Shown here piece after piece: positions 51,901 to 64,000 of a DNA stretch of 64,000 nt. The notes beneath the pieces were generated by a model, which was not told the DNA's origin, did not search any database, and saw only the letters and a program-made list of their open reading frames with translations. Source of the stretch: Chrysomallon squamiferum (lineage: Eukaryota > Animalia > Mollusca); the NCBI GenBank assembly GCA_012295275.1, contig CM022667.1:20832001-20896000 (forward strand), in the 5' to 3' direction. A program made the position numbers and the translations under genes. The stretch's first letter is position 1; every line of letters begins with the position of its first letter.

Positions 51901-53407
51901 TTCGGTTCATACAACCAAGACAGGAACTGAAGAATGATGCCTATGGAGTCCAGTCTTCAGCGTATGCCTTGCTAGCACACATCGGCAATGACGGTTCCAA
52001 AGTGAGACGAGATTCACTGATGCGTTGGTTACAGAGTATGAGGAACAGCATTGGTGGATTTGCCTCCACTCAGGTCAGTTCTCAATACAGATGTCACATC
52101 ATGTTATCTTAACAATAATAATAATAAATTTATTTTTATCATCTTTTCTGTAATAATTTTATTCTATAATTTTGAATCCTGAAGTTGCTAATTTGAAAAT
52201 TAAATGTGAGAGTGTGCATGTGCGTGTGCATGTGTGTGTGTGCGTGTGTGTGTGTGTGTGGGTGTGAGTGTGGTATCCTGAACATTAAAGACACAATATT
52301 CTTTTGTTTCAGGATACTATTGTTGCAATGGAGGCTCTGTTCGAGTTCACCCAGGTTGATCCAAATCGTAATGTGTTTAATATGATGGTGCAGTTTGAGT
52401 CAACTGCTGAAGCTAATTGGAGAGATGTGAAGATAATTTCGAAGAACAACTATACACACCTACAGAGTTCTTATGTGAATACTGAAATTGTTTAAAGATT
52501 TTGTCTTTTGCAGAATCCTTATCTTGTATAAATTAATATACCATGAAAAAGTTAAAAGATTTATAAAGGATTCTGAATCAAAAAGAATAAATAAATCATT
52601 CGAATTTTTTAAAATATTCTTGAAATTAAGGTTGTTAATTACTTTTATTCAATATTGAAGTCTTCTATGATTTAATACTAATTCTTTTTCACCTATATCT
52701 TTGTATTTATCTAAAATATCATCAAAGTACCATAATTGCTAATTACTCACACTCTTTATAAAACTAACAAATTAATATGTTAATACCTTTCTTTTAGCTT
52801 AAAACTGTATGGGGAGCAGTCAAAGTACTCTCCCAGGGAACTGGTCGAGCTGTTGTTCAAGTAAGCTTCCATAATTTTCCATAGTTCTTTTGTGTTCCTT
52901 TTTCATAAACTACACAAATTTCAAATAAATGTATAAAAAAGTTTTTGCTAATTATTACAGACCAGTTAATTAATATTCATAAAAACTAAATAGGAATGAA
53001 TACAGCAAGTTTTTTGTTTATTAAATACATTTTTGTTTATATAATTAATTTGTTTATCCATTTTGCTCAATTGTTTTGGTTTAATGGTTTGCTGTAGCAT
53101 GTTTAAGATTACTTCAGTATCAACTTCATTCTTTCACAGCTGACAACAACAGTGAATGTTGAATACACTGAGTTCATTAAACCTACTCAGGATAATCTAA
53201 AGTTCTTTGATCTTGTTATTGACTACATTGGCTGGGGAGGAAGAAACTTTTCAATTCTAGAAATGTCACCTTGTGTCAGGTATAATTTTTTAATTTTAAG
53301 AAAAGGCCATTTTCTTTACATACAGAGCACCAACTCAAAACCATTTTTATTATGTTATTTTTCAAACATTGTTTTCCTTATTATGATTTTATATATAAAC
53401 AAAATAC

Positions 53408-53442
<35 letters not shown>

Positions 53443-54503
53443 TATATTGTATTTTATCAGCATAAAAGAAAATGACTTACAGAAATGGGATGGGATGGGT
53501 GCAATATTTAACAGTTTTTAAAAATGCAATGTTTTCTATTGACAAGATCTTTGCACTTGAACTTATGACCTGTTTATTTTTCTATGTTTTGTTATATGCA
53601 GCTGGACATACACCCAGCGCAGTTTGACAAGTGGATTGGCTGTGTTAGAAATTGATCTGCCAACTGGATTTATAGTCATGAACAACACACTAAGAGACTA
53701 TGTAAAGAGTGGAGAGGTACCTAACTTGAAACGAGCAGAATTCTACAGAAGAAAAGTTGTCTTCTACTTTGATTATGTAAGTTCTAAATATCTTGTGTTA
53801 TTTCAGGATACCTCAGCTAATATTTGCTCCAGATAGTAGTATGGGACTGCTTTAACCATGGCTGTCCTTTGTTTTGTTTTTACAACTATGGAAAGGAGTA
53901 CAAAAAAAAAAAAATGTTACAGCTTTGAAAAGGAATAATAATTTTCTGTAAAAGTAAACTTTTTTTTATCATTTAAGATAATTTATTTATTGATGTTATT
54001 TCAGCTTGATGAAAGCAAGACATGTGTTCGATTCCGAGCAGATCGATGGTTTCCTGTTGCCAATGGCACCATCCAACATAAAATGAGAGTTTATGACTAC
54101 TATGAACCAGGTTTGTATGTCTTTGTTAAATTATTTGTCTAGAAGAATGTATGGTTTTGAAAAATCTGGTGTTTGTCACAAGATGGCAAAATAAGTAAAA
54201 ATATTTTTCAGATCTCTGCTGACTTTTCATTAATAAACTCTATGATAAAATTAAAAAATAAATTAAGTGCACAACTGAGTGACAAATTACTAAACTGTTT
54301 ATTGTTGTTGTTTTTCAGGTATGCACAATACTACCATGTACACAACATTTAACTTGTTTGGACTGAATATTTGTTTTGTTTGTGGATCTTACCAATGTCC
54401 ATACTGTCCTTCTTTCAACATGGCTGCAGTTGTCAAAGCTAGTGTTTCCACTGTCACAGTTCTGCTTGGATTCTTCTTACAAAAATATATTTTGTGGTCT
54501 TGA
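36997..54503 (+). CDS. Mcr: Macroglobulin complement-related protein (MCR; thioester-less TEP/CD109/A2M family with LDLa domain), ~1582 aa, 36 coding exons: 36997-37124, 37505-37688, 38108-38276, 38593-38663, 39034-39088, 39321-39394, 39756-39795, 41223-41307, 41444-41549, 41859-42101, 43133-43321, 43523-43630, 43799-43861, 44195-44383, 44655-44804, 45102-45239, 45607-45655, 46298-46450, 46726-46834, 47041-47158, 47347-47466, 47743-47859, 48160-48291, 48603-48774, 49182-49370, 49787-49865, 50008-50179, 50745-50846, 51088-51265, 51838-52073, 52313-52474, 52798-52860, 53140-53279, 53602-53776, 54005-54110, 54319-54503
   Basis: All phases are consistent (4749 nt). Signal peptide; MG-domain motifs (YMVIAPRKIRP, SKPMYRQGQ, SDQPNYGNWSI); LDLa CFTPDQWCNGKFDCPDGADEQGC; PYGTGEN at the thioester position; WLTAFV, GGFASTQDT, LAVLEIDLPTGF, VYDYYEP. 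The tail ICFVCGSYQCPYC plus a hydrophobic C-terminus is MCR-type. Confidence 0.92.
37741..37916 (+). mobile_element. Degenerate SINE-like fragment in MCR intron 2
   Basis: ccagttaacaacggctggttcatcaaaag...tatgtgctttcctatc...ataaaagaatcctttgctgcta...gagtagcccat...gtcattaaataaaa resembles, from memory, the body of abundant gastropod SINEs. A related piece (agcgggtttcctctct) lies at ~7900. Not database-verified. Confidence 0.45.
45715..46133. mobile_element. MITE in MCR intron 17
   Basis: Inverted ends catacCTGTCAACC (45715) and GGTTGACAGgagta (46120-46133) around an AT-rich, microsatellite-bearing core. Confidence 0.5.
50461..50735. repeat. ~39-bp minisatellite, ~7 copies, in MCR intron 27
   Basis: Unit atgatgaaatacaaacattctgtaacatttctctatgtt; cattct recurs at 50481, 50521 and 50560 onward. 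Confidence 0.95.
51378..51590. repeat. Compound hexamer/dinucleotide repeat (GTATAT/GTGTTT/GT)
   Basis: Direct reading. Confidence 0.85.
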
Positions 54504-57500
54504 CCATGAACGACATTTTACTCTGAACAACAAACACAGAAACATCATCATTGTTTGTAATTACAAACAGTGCTGTTTTCATTTATTTTCATTTTTTGTT
54601 TTTTTTAAATTGTTTCGTTTTCATTAATTTTTTTAATTGATTTAAATGTTCAGATGTTACTACAGTTGTTCCTGAGTTAATTAAATATTTTAATTCATGC
54701 ATTTGTAATCAAATTTGGCCATTATGTAAAATATCAAAAACTTCCATAACCATGAGTTATGGGTTTTAATTACAAAAATTTAATAATTAGTAATGCAAGT
54801 ATCAGCTAATTTTTCATGAATATTTTATTAGTGGTTCCTTTAACTTAATTGTTTGTAATTTGTTATAAACCAAATATGTGTATGTTGTTAACAAATTTTA
54901 CATTATGTTAAAAACTGGTGCCTTAGGCATTTTTGTAATTGAATTGGGATAGTTGTAATTGTTTAGTTTTCATATCCAAAAGTTTTAAATTATAATTAAT
55001 TCTTGATTCATTCACAGACAAGTTTTACTATAATTTATTGTTAAATATTTTCGTAAGTCCAAATATTTTTTTAAGTATTTGTCGAAAACTATATTTTTAT
55101 TCCATAATTTATCATTTTTTAATGCTTTTTCTAATATGTTTATGGCTATATACTGAAATTGTAAATAGTTTTATTAAATTGTTGTACATAAAATGATTAG
55201 AATGGTCAGTTGTAGTTGATCTAGCCAAGAAATTAGATAATACTTGTTAAACCAACAAAATAGTTTGTTTAATTATTGATTTTGTAAACATTGTTAATAG
55301 TTTATATGTTTAGAAAAGAGATTTATTATTTCTGTAATGCCTTAGATTTTGTTTTTAACATTCCAAATGAAATAAATGTCTTGTATGACTATAAGCATTC
55401 ACTATAAATATACATTCCTTTTTTCTTTTTTCTATTGTAATAACTTTTATGTGATTATATATGCATACATATATGAAAATTTGTATTTTTACATTTACTT
55501 TTTATTAAAAAATGTTTTTAAAACATTTATTTTCTGTTTTTTTTAATTTAAAATTACATCAAAACAAGCAGTTATCTCAAGAAAACCAAAATAGGGGAAA
55601 AAATATAATATGCCTCAAGAAATTAGTTATAATTTCAGCAGAGAAAATAATAAACTAAATAGACATTTCAGATAACTTATTTCTTATTTAAAACATAATT
55701 TTTAATGTTGATTTTTATTATTATTTATTTTATTTTTTCAAGAGAATTATTTTTGTATGTATGTTCATAGGTACCTTACATACACTTAATTATTATTATA
55801 AATATTTTGAAAAAAATAAAATAAATATTAATAAAAATCAAAGTTAAAAATGATGTTTTAAATTATAGCTCCACGTGTGTATTTTATTAAGACATTTTAC
55901 TTGTCATATTTTTAACAAATATATTAAATATACAATTGAAAAACAAGAACTGGGAAGAAAAATTGAAATAATGTATACAATTAGGACTTAAAATTTTGTT
56001 TAGAGACGGACTGAAATATAAGAGTTCCAGAATAAATAGTGTCACATGTAAAATACTGTAAAACAACTATCATTATTTTCTCATATCAAAACTGTGTTGT
56101 AGATCAGCTGAATTTTAATATGGCTGTGTTGTCATATTTCTCTATATTAAAAAAATTGAGTAATTCAAGTTCTGTAGACTTGTTTCTTGATTGGCTGTCA
56201 GCAAATAAAATTAAAATGTCACTATGGCAATACAATGGAAAAACATTAAATTTATCTGAATACTTACAATTCGGACATAATTTGTTGTAACCATAAGAAA
56301 AAAAAAAATTGGTTAAAGGGAAGTTGAAAAAGAGCGTGGGAAGGTCCTTCCGTCACGCTTTTATTAATCTGAATCATAATTTACAAGATAATAAATAATG
56401 CAAGGACAGATCAAAATTTATCACTGAAGATAAATTAAGCTTCTTTATTCAGTGAAATAAAGTAAATTGAAGTCTATATGCACAGATGATTTCGATGATT
56501 GATACACTATGCAAATATATTTTCTTTTCATTTATTTATTTAAAGTATATTTTATTGATTCGAAACATTTTAAATGCAGTTCACCAAAGTCTTGAACCCT
56601 CCATAACTGCAAATTATTTAAATTATTACATTCGTGAATAAATATGAATAAAATAGAATAGTTAAAAAAAAAAAAAAACAACAACAACAAAAATCAAAAA
56701 TTCATTTTTTTGTCAAATTGTTTGTTTTTTTATTCTGCGCTTTTATTTCAGCGGATCTTTCCTTCTTTTGTTTCTGTCCATCCCCAAAAGCTGTACTTTT
56801 TATCAGTGCTCGAAAATATAGAAATTTATTTCATCATGATTTATTGTGATTGCTAGATAAAATTGTTTATATCTGTAGAATTTATTTCTTTATTTATAAA
56901 TGAAAACAATATTGAAAAATTAACAGTGCCACATACCAAAAATATGACAAAAAGGGAAAAAAAATTCAGTATGTAATTGTTTTGATAAACGAATAAATAA
57001 ACAGCTAAAGTTCGAATTTTGATAGAAAAATAATGAAATTAATTGTTTTATGACATATATTAAAGAGAACACATTTTCTTTTCATTATTATTTAATTAAT
57101 TAATTTTGATATTTGTATGTATAATATGAATATTAGAAAATAGTTGATATTTACAGTTGCCTATAAGGAACGAGGACTGCATTGGTAAATTTCTGATAGT
57201 CAAAAAAAACAAAAAAAAAACAACATTAAACAAAATTTTAAAATTAAATTAAAAACAACAATAATAAAACAAAAATAAAATTTAAAAAATATAATGAAAT
57301 AAAAATTAAAACGTATTAGAGATACGTGTTTGTATCTGTATGAGAGAAAGGGTACATGTTTTTGTGCGCGTGTATGTGTCTGTGTGTGTCACTAGGTATA
57401 GTTGCGTTTCTGTTCATGTCTGTACGTGTGAAAATTCTACCAGCAAATGTTTGAAAAGTATTCATGTTATACATAATGAGTTGGCAGACATACTTCAAAC

Positions 57501-60008
57501 GTGTTCTCTGTTTCTTATGAAAAATAATTATTATTAATTTACCTGCAGTGACGCATTACACCGGGAGGTTTTTAATTCCGACTGCTGCAAATGTTAACAA
57601 GAATAAACATTTATTAATTCGTTTTGTGACACGTTTTTGTGTTTGATGCTGCTAACAAATATTGTTGTCAAAGTGTATAATTTAGATACACATAATCTGC
57701 TTATTCGTTTTACTTCAAGTACTTTTTGAGTTATTAAATAAGAGTAGGTTTTAAAATGTTTATCACTGAATTCGCACGCCGACAAAAAAGTGTCAAGTAA
57801 GATATTAAAAATTAAATAAAAATCTAGAAACAACATTCGAAAATACTAGCTGATATTGCAATTTCTATTTATTTTTTATTATAAAAAATAAATATAAACA
57901 GGAAGAGCAGAATTTTAAAAATAAGATAAATAATAATAATAATAATAAAAGATTGATGACAACAAAATAGTGACGGTAACAATAGGTTAATAGCTACGTG
58001 ACAGTGAGCAAACTTTACTTCAGTGGAGACAGCGGAGACTCAGTCTGACTACTGCAACAATATCGTACTTTCTACCATTACCTCCCAGAGATAGTCAGAC
58101 GTGCATTTAGATACTGTATTTAACTTTATTTTTGCAAATCATCATCAAAATCTATTAGCTGCAGTTCTGTAGTTTCTGGGAAATGCAACGTTATGCATTT
58201 TAAACTCTCTTACACTTATTTCTGATACTTCATATTATTTAGCCAGTAATCAGTGCTTCTATAAACTCTCTCTCTCTCTCTCTCACACATACACACACAC
58301 ACACGTACTTATTTCAAATATTCACTTCAGAGTATGTGTATAATAGGTGTATAATTTTGTTTTTGTAAACTCAACATAGTCACCCTTAATTCTTGGTACA
58401 CACAGACTATATACAAAAATACCTGTTTTGAACTGATAACAACTGTTGTCAAATGAATTGTGTTAAATGTTTTTAAGTTTAAGTTTTCTAGAACCTGAAT
58501 TCGTCCCGTCATGACAGGAATTAAACAGAAATATCTCACAATGCTCATCTCCATAAGAATCAAAAATACTGAATTAATCTTTAACCTGCAGCTGTCTTTG
58601 ATCGTTTTACTCCCTAAATTACTTATAATCCTCCAAATGAAAATTAATTAAACACCTGATAGTAAAAGAAATAATTCCAAATTTCCTCTCTTTAAATTTT
58701 GTAAAGAAAAAAAAAAAAGTATAAAATTTATATTTAATTTATTCACTGGAACACAAATAACAAAAATCATCTAGTGAAACACCTTCAGACATACGCCTAT
58801 AATGAGTGAAGATAAATTTCCAAACTTTCAAAGTATATTTAGAAAGGATGGATACAATGTTGGATTGTATGATGTTATTAATCATAAAACTCATATCAGT
58901 GATGATAAACTGTACTGTCAAGGACACCTAGCAAATGGGTAACATCGGAGAAAATCTCTAGACAACAGCATAATCAAATAGAATCTTCCATACTTTTCAA
59001 GTGATATACCTGCTGGAAGACGCACATATAGCCGACGGTAGTTTTAGTTAGAAAAGTACAACATCGCAAGCTCTAAAATCAAATATTCCTCTCTTTGCAA
59101 AGCACTAAAAAATATTTTTGTCCAGATCTTAGCCATCATTTTAATAAAACTGCCAGTGTTTATACAAAGGCCTGAGGATGCTGTTTGTTTTTAACAATAC
59201 ATCTCATGAAAACACTTGTAATGAAATCAGTTAGATAAGTAAAGGAGATTACTTTTCTTGAAAGTTTTAATTTATGTGGATGTCATTTTTGTTCATGCGA
59301 GAACAGTTCAAAACAGGCTAAAGCGATAGAATTCAAAATCTCAGATGTTTGGGAACTACTGTCTTTTCTCTGTAATCAACGAAGTACAGTCGGTATAATT
59401 CTTGATGCCGACTGGGCATGTACCGTTGGGTCCTAGACCTGACGAAAAACTGTAAACATCATTTCACTTACGGTTTTGAAAGGATCAAAACTAATGTCAT
59501 ATGGAACGCAAACTTACTTATTAAATTTAAAGATATTAATTTTATATATCATAAAAAAAAAAAAAAAAAAAAAATTAAAATAAAAGAATTGTCATTTCAG
59601 TATTTCCTGTTTATTTTCTTAAAAGTTACGTGATGGCACTGGTTAAACTTGCAAAATGAATTTTGTAGAAGTCATAAAGAAACAAAAGCAAATCATTCCT
59701 TACCGAAATGCATTATTTTTGAGTTTTCAATGTTTAAAGTGAGTTTAGGATATCAAAAATAACGTTGGGGAAACATTCTTATGATTCTAAATTTTTAAAA
59801 TCTAGACTCTATAAATATATAGACAATGTCAAAAGCAAAGTTATAACAAACTTTCGCGAAAAAACAACAACAACAGAGTTCATCTGTTTTTTACGGAGCA
59901 TTTCTTAAGGTTAACCTTTTTGCCATCTTATGAAGTAAGAATTCGTTGGTTATGACAGACCAACAAAAGCGTACTGAATCCATTTGTCTGGTTTTATATT
60001 CTGCGTCA

Positions 60009-60024
60009 TATGTCACGTGACATA
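60009..60024. promoter_or_regulatory. Perfect 16-bp palindrome TATGTCACGTGACATA (extended E-box/CLEAR-type site) just upstream of the syntrophin start
   Basis: Seen directly. GTCACGTGAC is the MiT/TFE/USF consensus. Confidence 0.5.
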
Positions 60025-60036
60025 AAAGGGGTTAAT

Positions 60037-61847
60037 ATGGCGGCTGGAATTGCAAGATGTGGAACATTTGAGGTTTACATTCGGCAGCAATGGTGCGGTG
60101 TGAATGTAACCTTGAACGAAGATTCACTAACACTGTTTCTTACCGAAAATCCGGAACAATCAAATGCATTAAACGGTACGACTGACAGTCAACAAGGACT
60201 TGCAAATTGCAGTCCTGAAATGCCAGAAAATATTGCGGGTCAAAAACGCACTGTCAAAGTTATTAAAGAAGAACAGAATGGATTAGGTATTAGTATTAAA
60301 GGTGGCAAAGAAAACAAAATGCCCATTTTAATAAGCAAAATATTTAAAGGCATGGCAGCCGATAAAACAGAGAAGCTTTATGTTGGAGATGCTATACTAT
60401 CTGTTAACGGTGAAGATTTAAGGGAAGCAACTCACGACGAAGCTGTTAGAGCATTGAAAAGGGCAGGAAAAGTGGTAGAAATGGAAGGTAGATATAAAAT
60501 AAGATTGTTTATTGAAAGACATTTTTTTTTTCTTTATAACTTATTTTGATGTTAATGGTTTAATTAAAAGAAATTGTAGACATAAGATTTTCAATTAAAT
60601 TAATTGTAACATATATTCTACAATTCTGCTAAACCAGATAAATATGTAACTGTCAACGATTTGTTGAGAGTAGTTTTCTTAGTATTTTCATGTTCCTTTG
60701 ATTCCTGTTCATGAATAAAAGGGGTGAAATAAAATAATAGAGGACGGTTTTAGACAAATTGGCTAAACACAACCAATGTTTACTCTGAAAGTTAAACTAT
60801 TAGTGTCACACACACTGGGATTGATGCATATCTCTGTTGATTTTTAAAAAAGAAGAAAAAAAAGGTGATCATATATAAAGAATTAGAATGAAAAAAAAAA
60901 ATCATTTGTTATAAACAGAAATTGAAACCAGTGATACATGCATTTTATTCAGTTGTTATCTTTGTTTACATATTACAATTTACAATACTAATACTTGTAT
61001 CTTTCATAGATGTTTTCTTGTTTCAGTGAAATATCTGAGGGAAGTTACTCCTTACTTCAAGAAGTCATCCCCACTTAATGAATTGGGTTGGGGAACTCTG
61101 GAAGTCCCTAAGGACAGTAACAAAGCCATATGGGCAGAATCTAAAACAATTCCATTAAAGCAGTGTTACTTGTGTCGTAATCTCAACATGGTAGATGCAG
61201 AAAAAAGGATTTTAGAATTGCATTCACCTGATGGAAAAAGTTCTTGTATTCTACGTTTCCCTGATCCAATAACTGCAAGTGATTGGTTCAATGCAATACA
61301 TTCAAATGTAACAATTCTGACACAGCAAGCAATTCAAGATGCAAACCACATTATGAGCACTGCACCAAATCAGGGAGAAATAAAACATATGGGCTGGTTA
61401 TCAGAACAGGTATGTTAATATATAATTAAAACAAAAATATAAGTTGTTTTGCTGCATTGTTTTTAAAAATTAATATTTTCATGTAACATATAATATGCAA
61501 TGCAGTTGTTATGGACATAATTTATTTTGCTAAATATTAATAGTGATATTAAGAGGGTCTTTATTAAAAAAATGTATTAAAAAAATATTATATTGCATAT
61601 TTTTCAGTCCAATATAATAAAAAAAAAAACATTATGACGTAATTTTTCTCATTTATTTATAAAAATATAAATAATGACGTTAAAATTTGTATTTGTAGTT
61701 GGCAAATGAGCAAGGTTCAGGTACTTTCAGTTGGAAACCAGTTTTTATTGCACTCACTGACAAAGACATGCTGCTTTATGACACAGCCCCATGGAGTAAA
61801 GAAGAGTGGGCTACACCATTTCAAAGTCATCCATTGCTTGCAACCAG
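60037..61847 (+). CDS. SNTB1: Syntrophin (alpha/beta type), 5' part; exons 60037-60487, 61027-61409, 61699-61847; the gene continues past the last exon found, probably beyond the window
   Basis: Split PH1 flanking a PDZ domain ([82 protein letters not shown]) and PH2 (HMGWLSEQ...[21 protein letters not shown]...HPLLATR). Phases are consistent. An in-frame upstream ATG at 60010 overlaps the palindrome. Confidence 0.93.
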
Positions 61848-63329
61848 GTCAGATTATAAACGTAAAAAATATACATACATTTTATTTAGTATTAAAGATA
61901 TTGGTAACACATACACACATGCAAACACAAACATATGTATGATGCAGACTGAAAAAAATCCTTTGGATGGTGTTCAATATAAAAATGAAAAAATGGATCC
62001 AAATTTGTTTTTTTCACTATTTTCACTTTTTTAATATTTAAGGTCATTAAATATGAATGCTTTATTTTCTATTTTCCTGCTAAAGGTGCATTATAAATAT
62101 ACACATCACATTTCATTTTTTTTTTTTTTGGTTTGGCCTTCAGTAGAAGTTCACCTGTCATCTGTTTATCCATGGAACTGTTTATAGTTTTACTGCATTC
62201 TGGGAAATGGCAGAGCCAATGATAATGTAAAGAACTGTTTAATTTATAGAATGCTGTTATTATTAGAAATAATCTTTATAAAGTCAATTCCATTCAGATA
62301 TATATATATTTGCTTAAAGATTTACAATTAATGTTAGAAATATAATAACAGATTCAGAAATAGCCAGTTTGCATAAATAAGGTGAAATTGTTTAATGTTT
62401 ATTGCAATGAAACTCTGGCTGATGCTCTGTCAAAAAAGAAACACATTTGTAGAATTATCTCTTTGATGGAAAGTGGCATAATTTCGTTATTCATGATAAA
62501 ATCACAGTACAATTTAACATGAGTAATTTTTAACATGACAATATTTGTGCTGTGGACTGATGCAGTGCAGGTGTTTTCATCATCTATCACAAGAGGTTGC
62601 TGAAATAAATACAAAGTATGGTCGCCTTCAGTGGCGATCATTGTTCAACTTATCCTTGGCATAAATTGAATGAGTCTGTCAATCTAAATAGAATCTTCCT
62701 AGCCTATTCATCCTTCAGTGTATATTAACATTGCAGAAACATCTGAGGCTCTGGCATACATGTTTATCTAGTTTATTGGGGTTTAGACCTCGCAGTATTG
62801 ATGGCAGCAAATTAATGTTTACTATATAATAGTTGATTATTTCCTGTTAGTGATTTTGAAAAATACACTTAAGAATAATCTGTCATTAAAAAGGAAAGCC
62901 GACCTGACATCATTTGCATCTATCAGGCATTTATTCTTGACAAAGTGAGTCATCGAGATGGAACACTGAATGGAACATTATTGAAATGACTCATTAAAGC
63001 TCTAATGGACTATCTGTCAGTAGAACAAAAGTAGTAACTACCCAGTTAATGTTACAAGATTGTGAAAATATCAAATCGGGCTTCTTTTTATTTATTATTA
63101 ATTATATTATTACTGTTCTATTATCAGGTTTTTCATATCTTCCTCTCATCTCAAGTTGCATAGATAGCAGATTTAGGAAATACAGATGTTGAAGATAACA
63201 TGTGAATAAAGCCTGACATTTTACAGGTTTTTTTTCTGGCACATCCTTTATTGGAACTTAAATTTTGCGATAATAAAGCTAGACAAAAAAAAAAGAAATT
63301 CTCAGTCTGCTGATAGAGAGCAACAGTCA

Positions 63330-64000
63330 AATATTGGGCAACTTATCAAATGTTGCCTGCCCATATCCTACCTTCACAGGCCAGCATGGTAGAGTAGTCC
63401 AAAAAAAACCCATAGAAAATACTACAGTCTGGAAAGAGTCTATGACCAGGCCTGGTCAATTCATACAACAAGAATATCTTGGTCAGAAAGGGCCACCACA
63501 AAATACAACAAAAAGAGTTAACAGAGCTAAAGCTAGCAGCATACATTGTCAGAACACTACTAAGACAAAAACCTATGAAAGAAATGGAAGAAGACCTTAA
63601 GAGAAACCAGGCACATAAAAAAAGAAGAATGGTACAAGAAAGATATTAAGAACTACAAGCTATTTGTATACCATCAGAAAAGTACAAATTATAAATACAA
63701 ACAGGAACAAAGAATCTAGAGAAGACAGGAACAAAAACCAGTCTAAAGTGCAAGCTGGATTCAGAACAAATACTTAACAGCTGAGTTTGCAATGTTGACT
63801 GCATGGCACTGCAAGGACAATTTCAACACAATGATACTGACAAAAATCAAGGAGTTTCAAAAAAGATTCTGACCAACTGGATCATATTTATGTAATGTTG
63901 CTTGAAACAAGTCCACAACTCATGCATACTTCAGTTGAATCATGCAGCCCAGAAACATGGGAGTCACTAAACAGGTGAAGAAAATACTATCAAGCAAAAG
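63330..64000 (+). mobile_element. Possible decayed non-LTR retrotransposon fragment in a syntrophin intron
   Basis: A-rich coding-like strand with broken frames; ...GFRT/IQNKYLT... weakly resembles the pre-RT PGxDxIxxxxxK region. Weak support. Confidence 0.3.

Noticed and set aside
36997-54503. Calling the TEP as CD109, C3 or alpha-2-macroglobulin
   Set aside because: The LDLa insertion, absence of GCGEQ and the C-terminal CxxCGSxQCPYC tail indicate the MCR clade. No anaphylatoxin or C345C domain was seen.
58740-59480. Higher-complexity stretch upstream of syntrophin as a possible extra gene
   Set aside because: No sustained ORF, exon chain or recognisable motif. It may be an old TE or a lncRNA but cannot be supported.

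Overview
Very AT-rich, intron-rich animal genomic DNA with GT-AG spliceosomal introns, many microsatellites and decayed transposons. Gene content and one SINE-like fragment suggest a lophotrochozoan, probably a mollusc (inference). I assembled five protein-coding genes by hand from splice sites and exon phases. (1) A 5-exon beta-lactamase/PBP-fold protein on the minus strand (~579 aa) with a signal peptide and probable GPI anchor; its SxxK and YxN catalytic motifs are lost. (2) A divergently oriented alpha-kinase-domain protein (239 aa, single coding exon) lacking the canonical catalytic Asp. (3) CEP89 on the minus strand (21 coding exons). (4) A 36-exon macroglobulin complement-related (MCR) TEP with an LDLa domain and a dead thioester site (GTGEN). 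(5) The 5' part of an alpha/beta-type syntrophin. Relics of hAT, mariner, Tigger and Gypsy elements, and probably a non-LTR element, are also present. The best candidate for something undescribed is the head-to-head pair of intact but catalytically dead genes: a surface PBP-like pseudoenzyme and a cytosolic alpha-pseudokinase. Any functional link between them is a hypothesis only.
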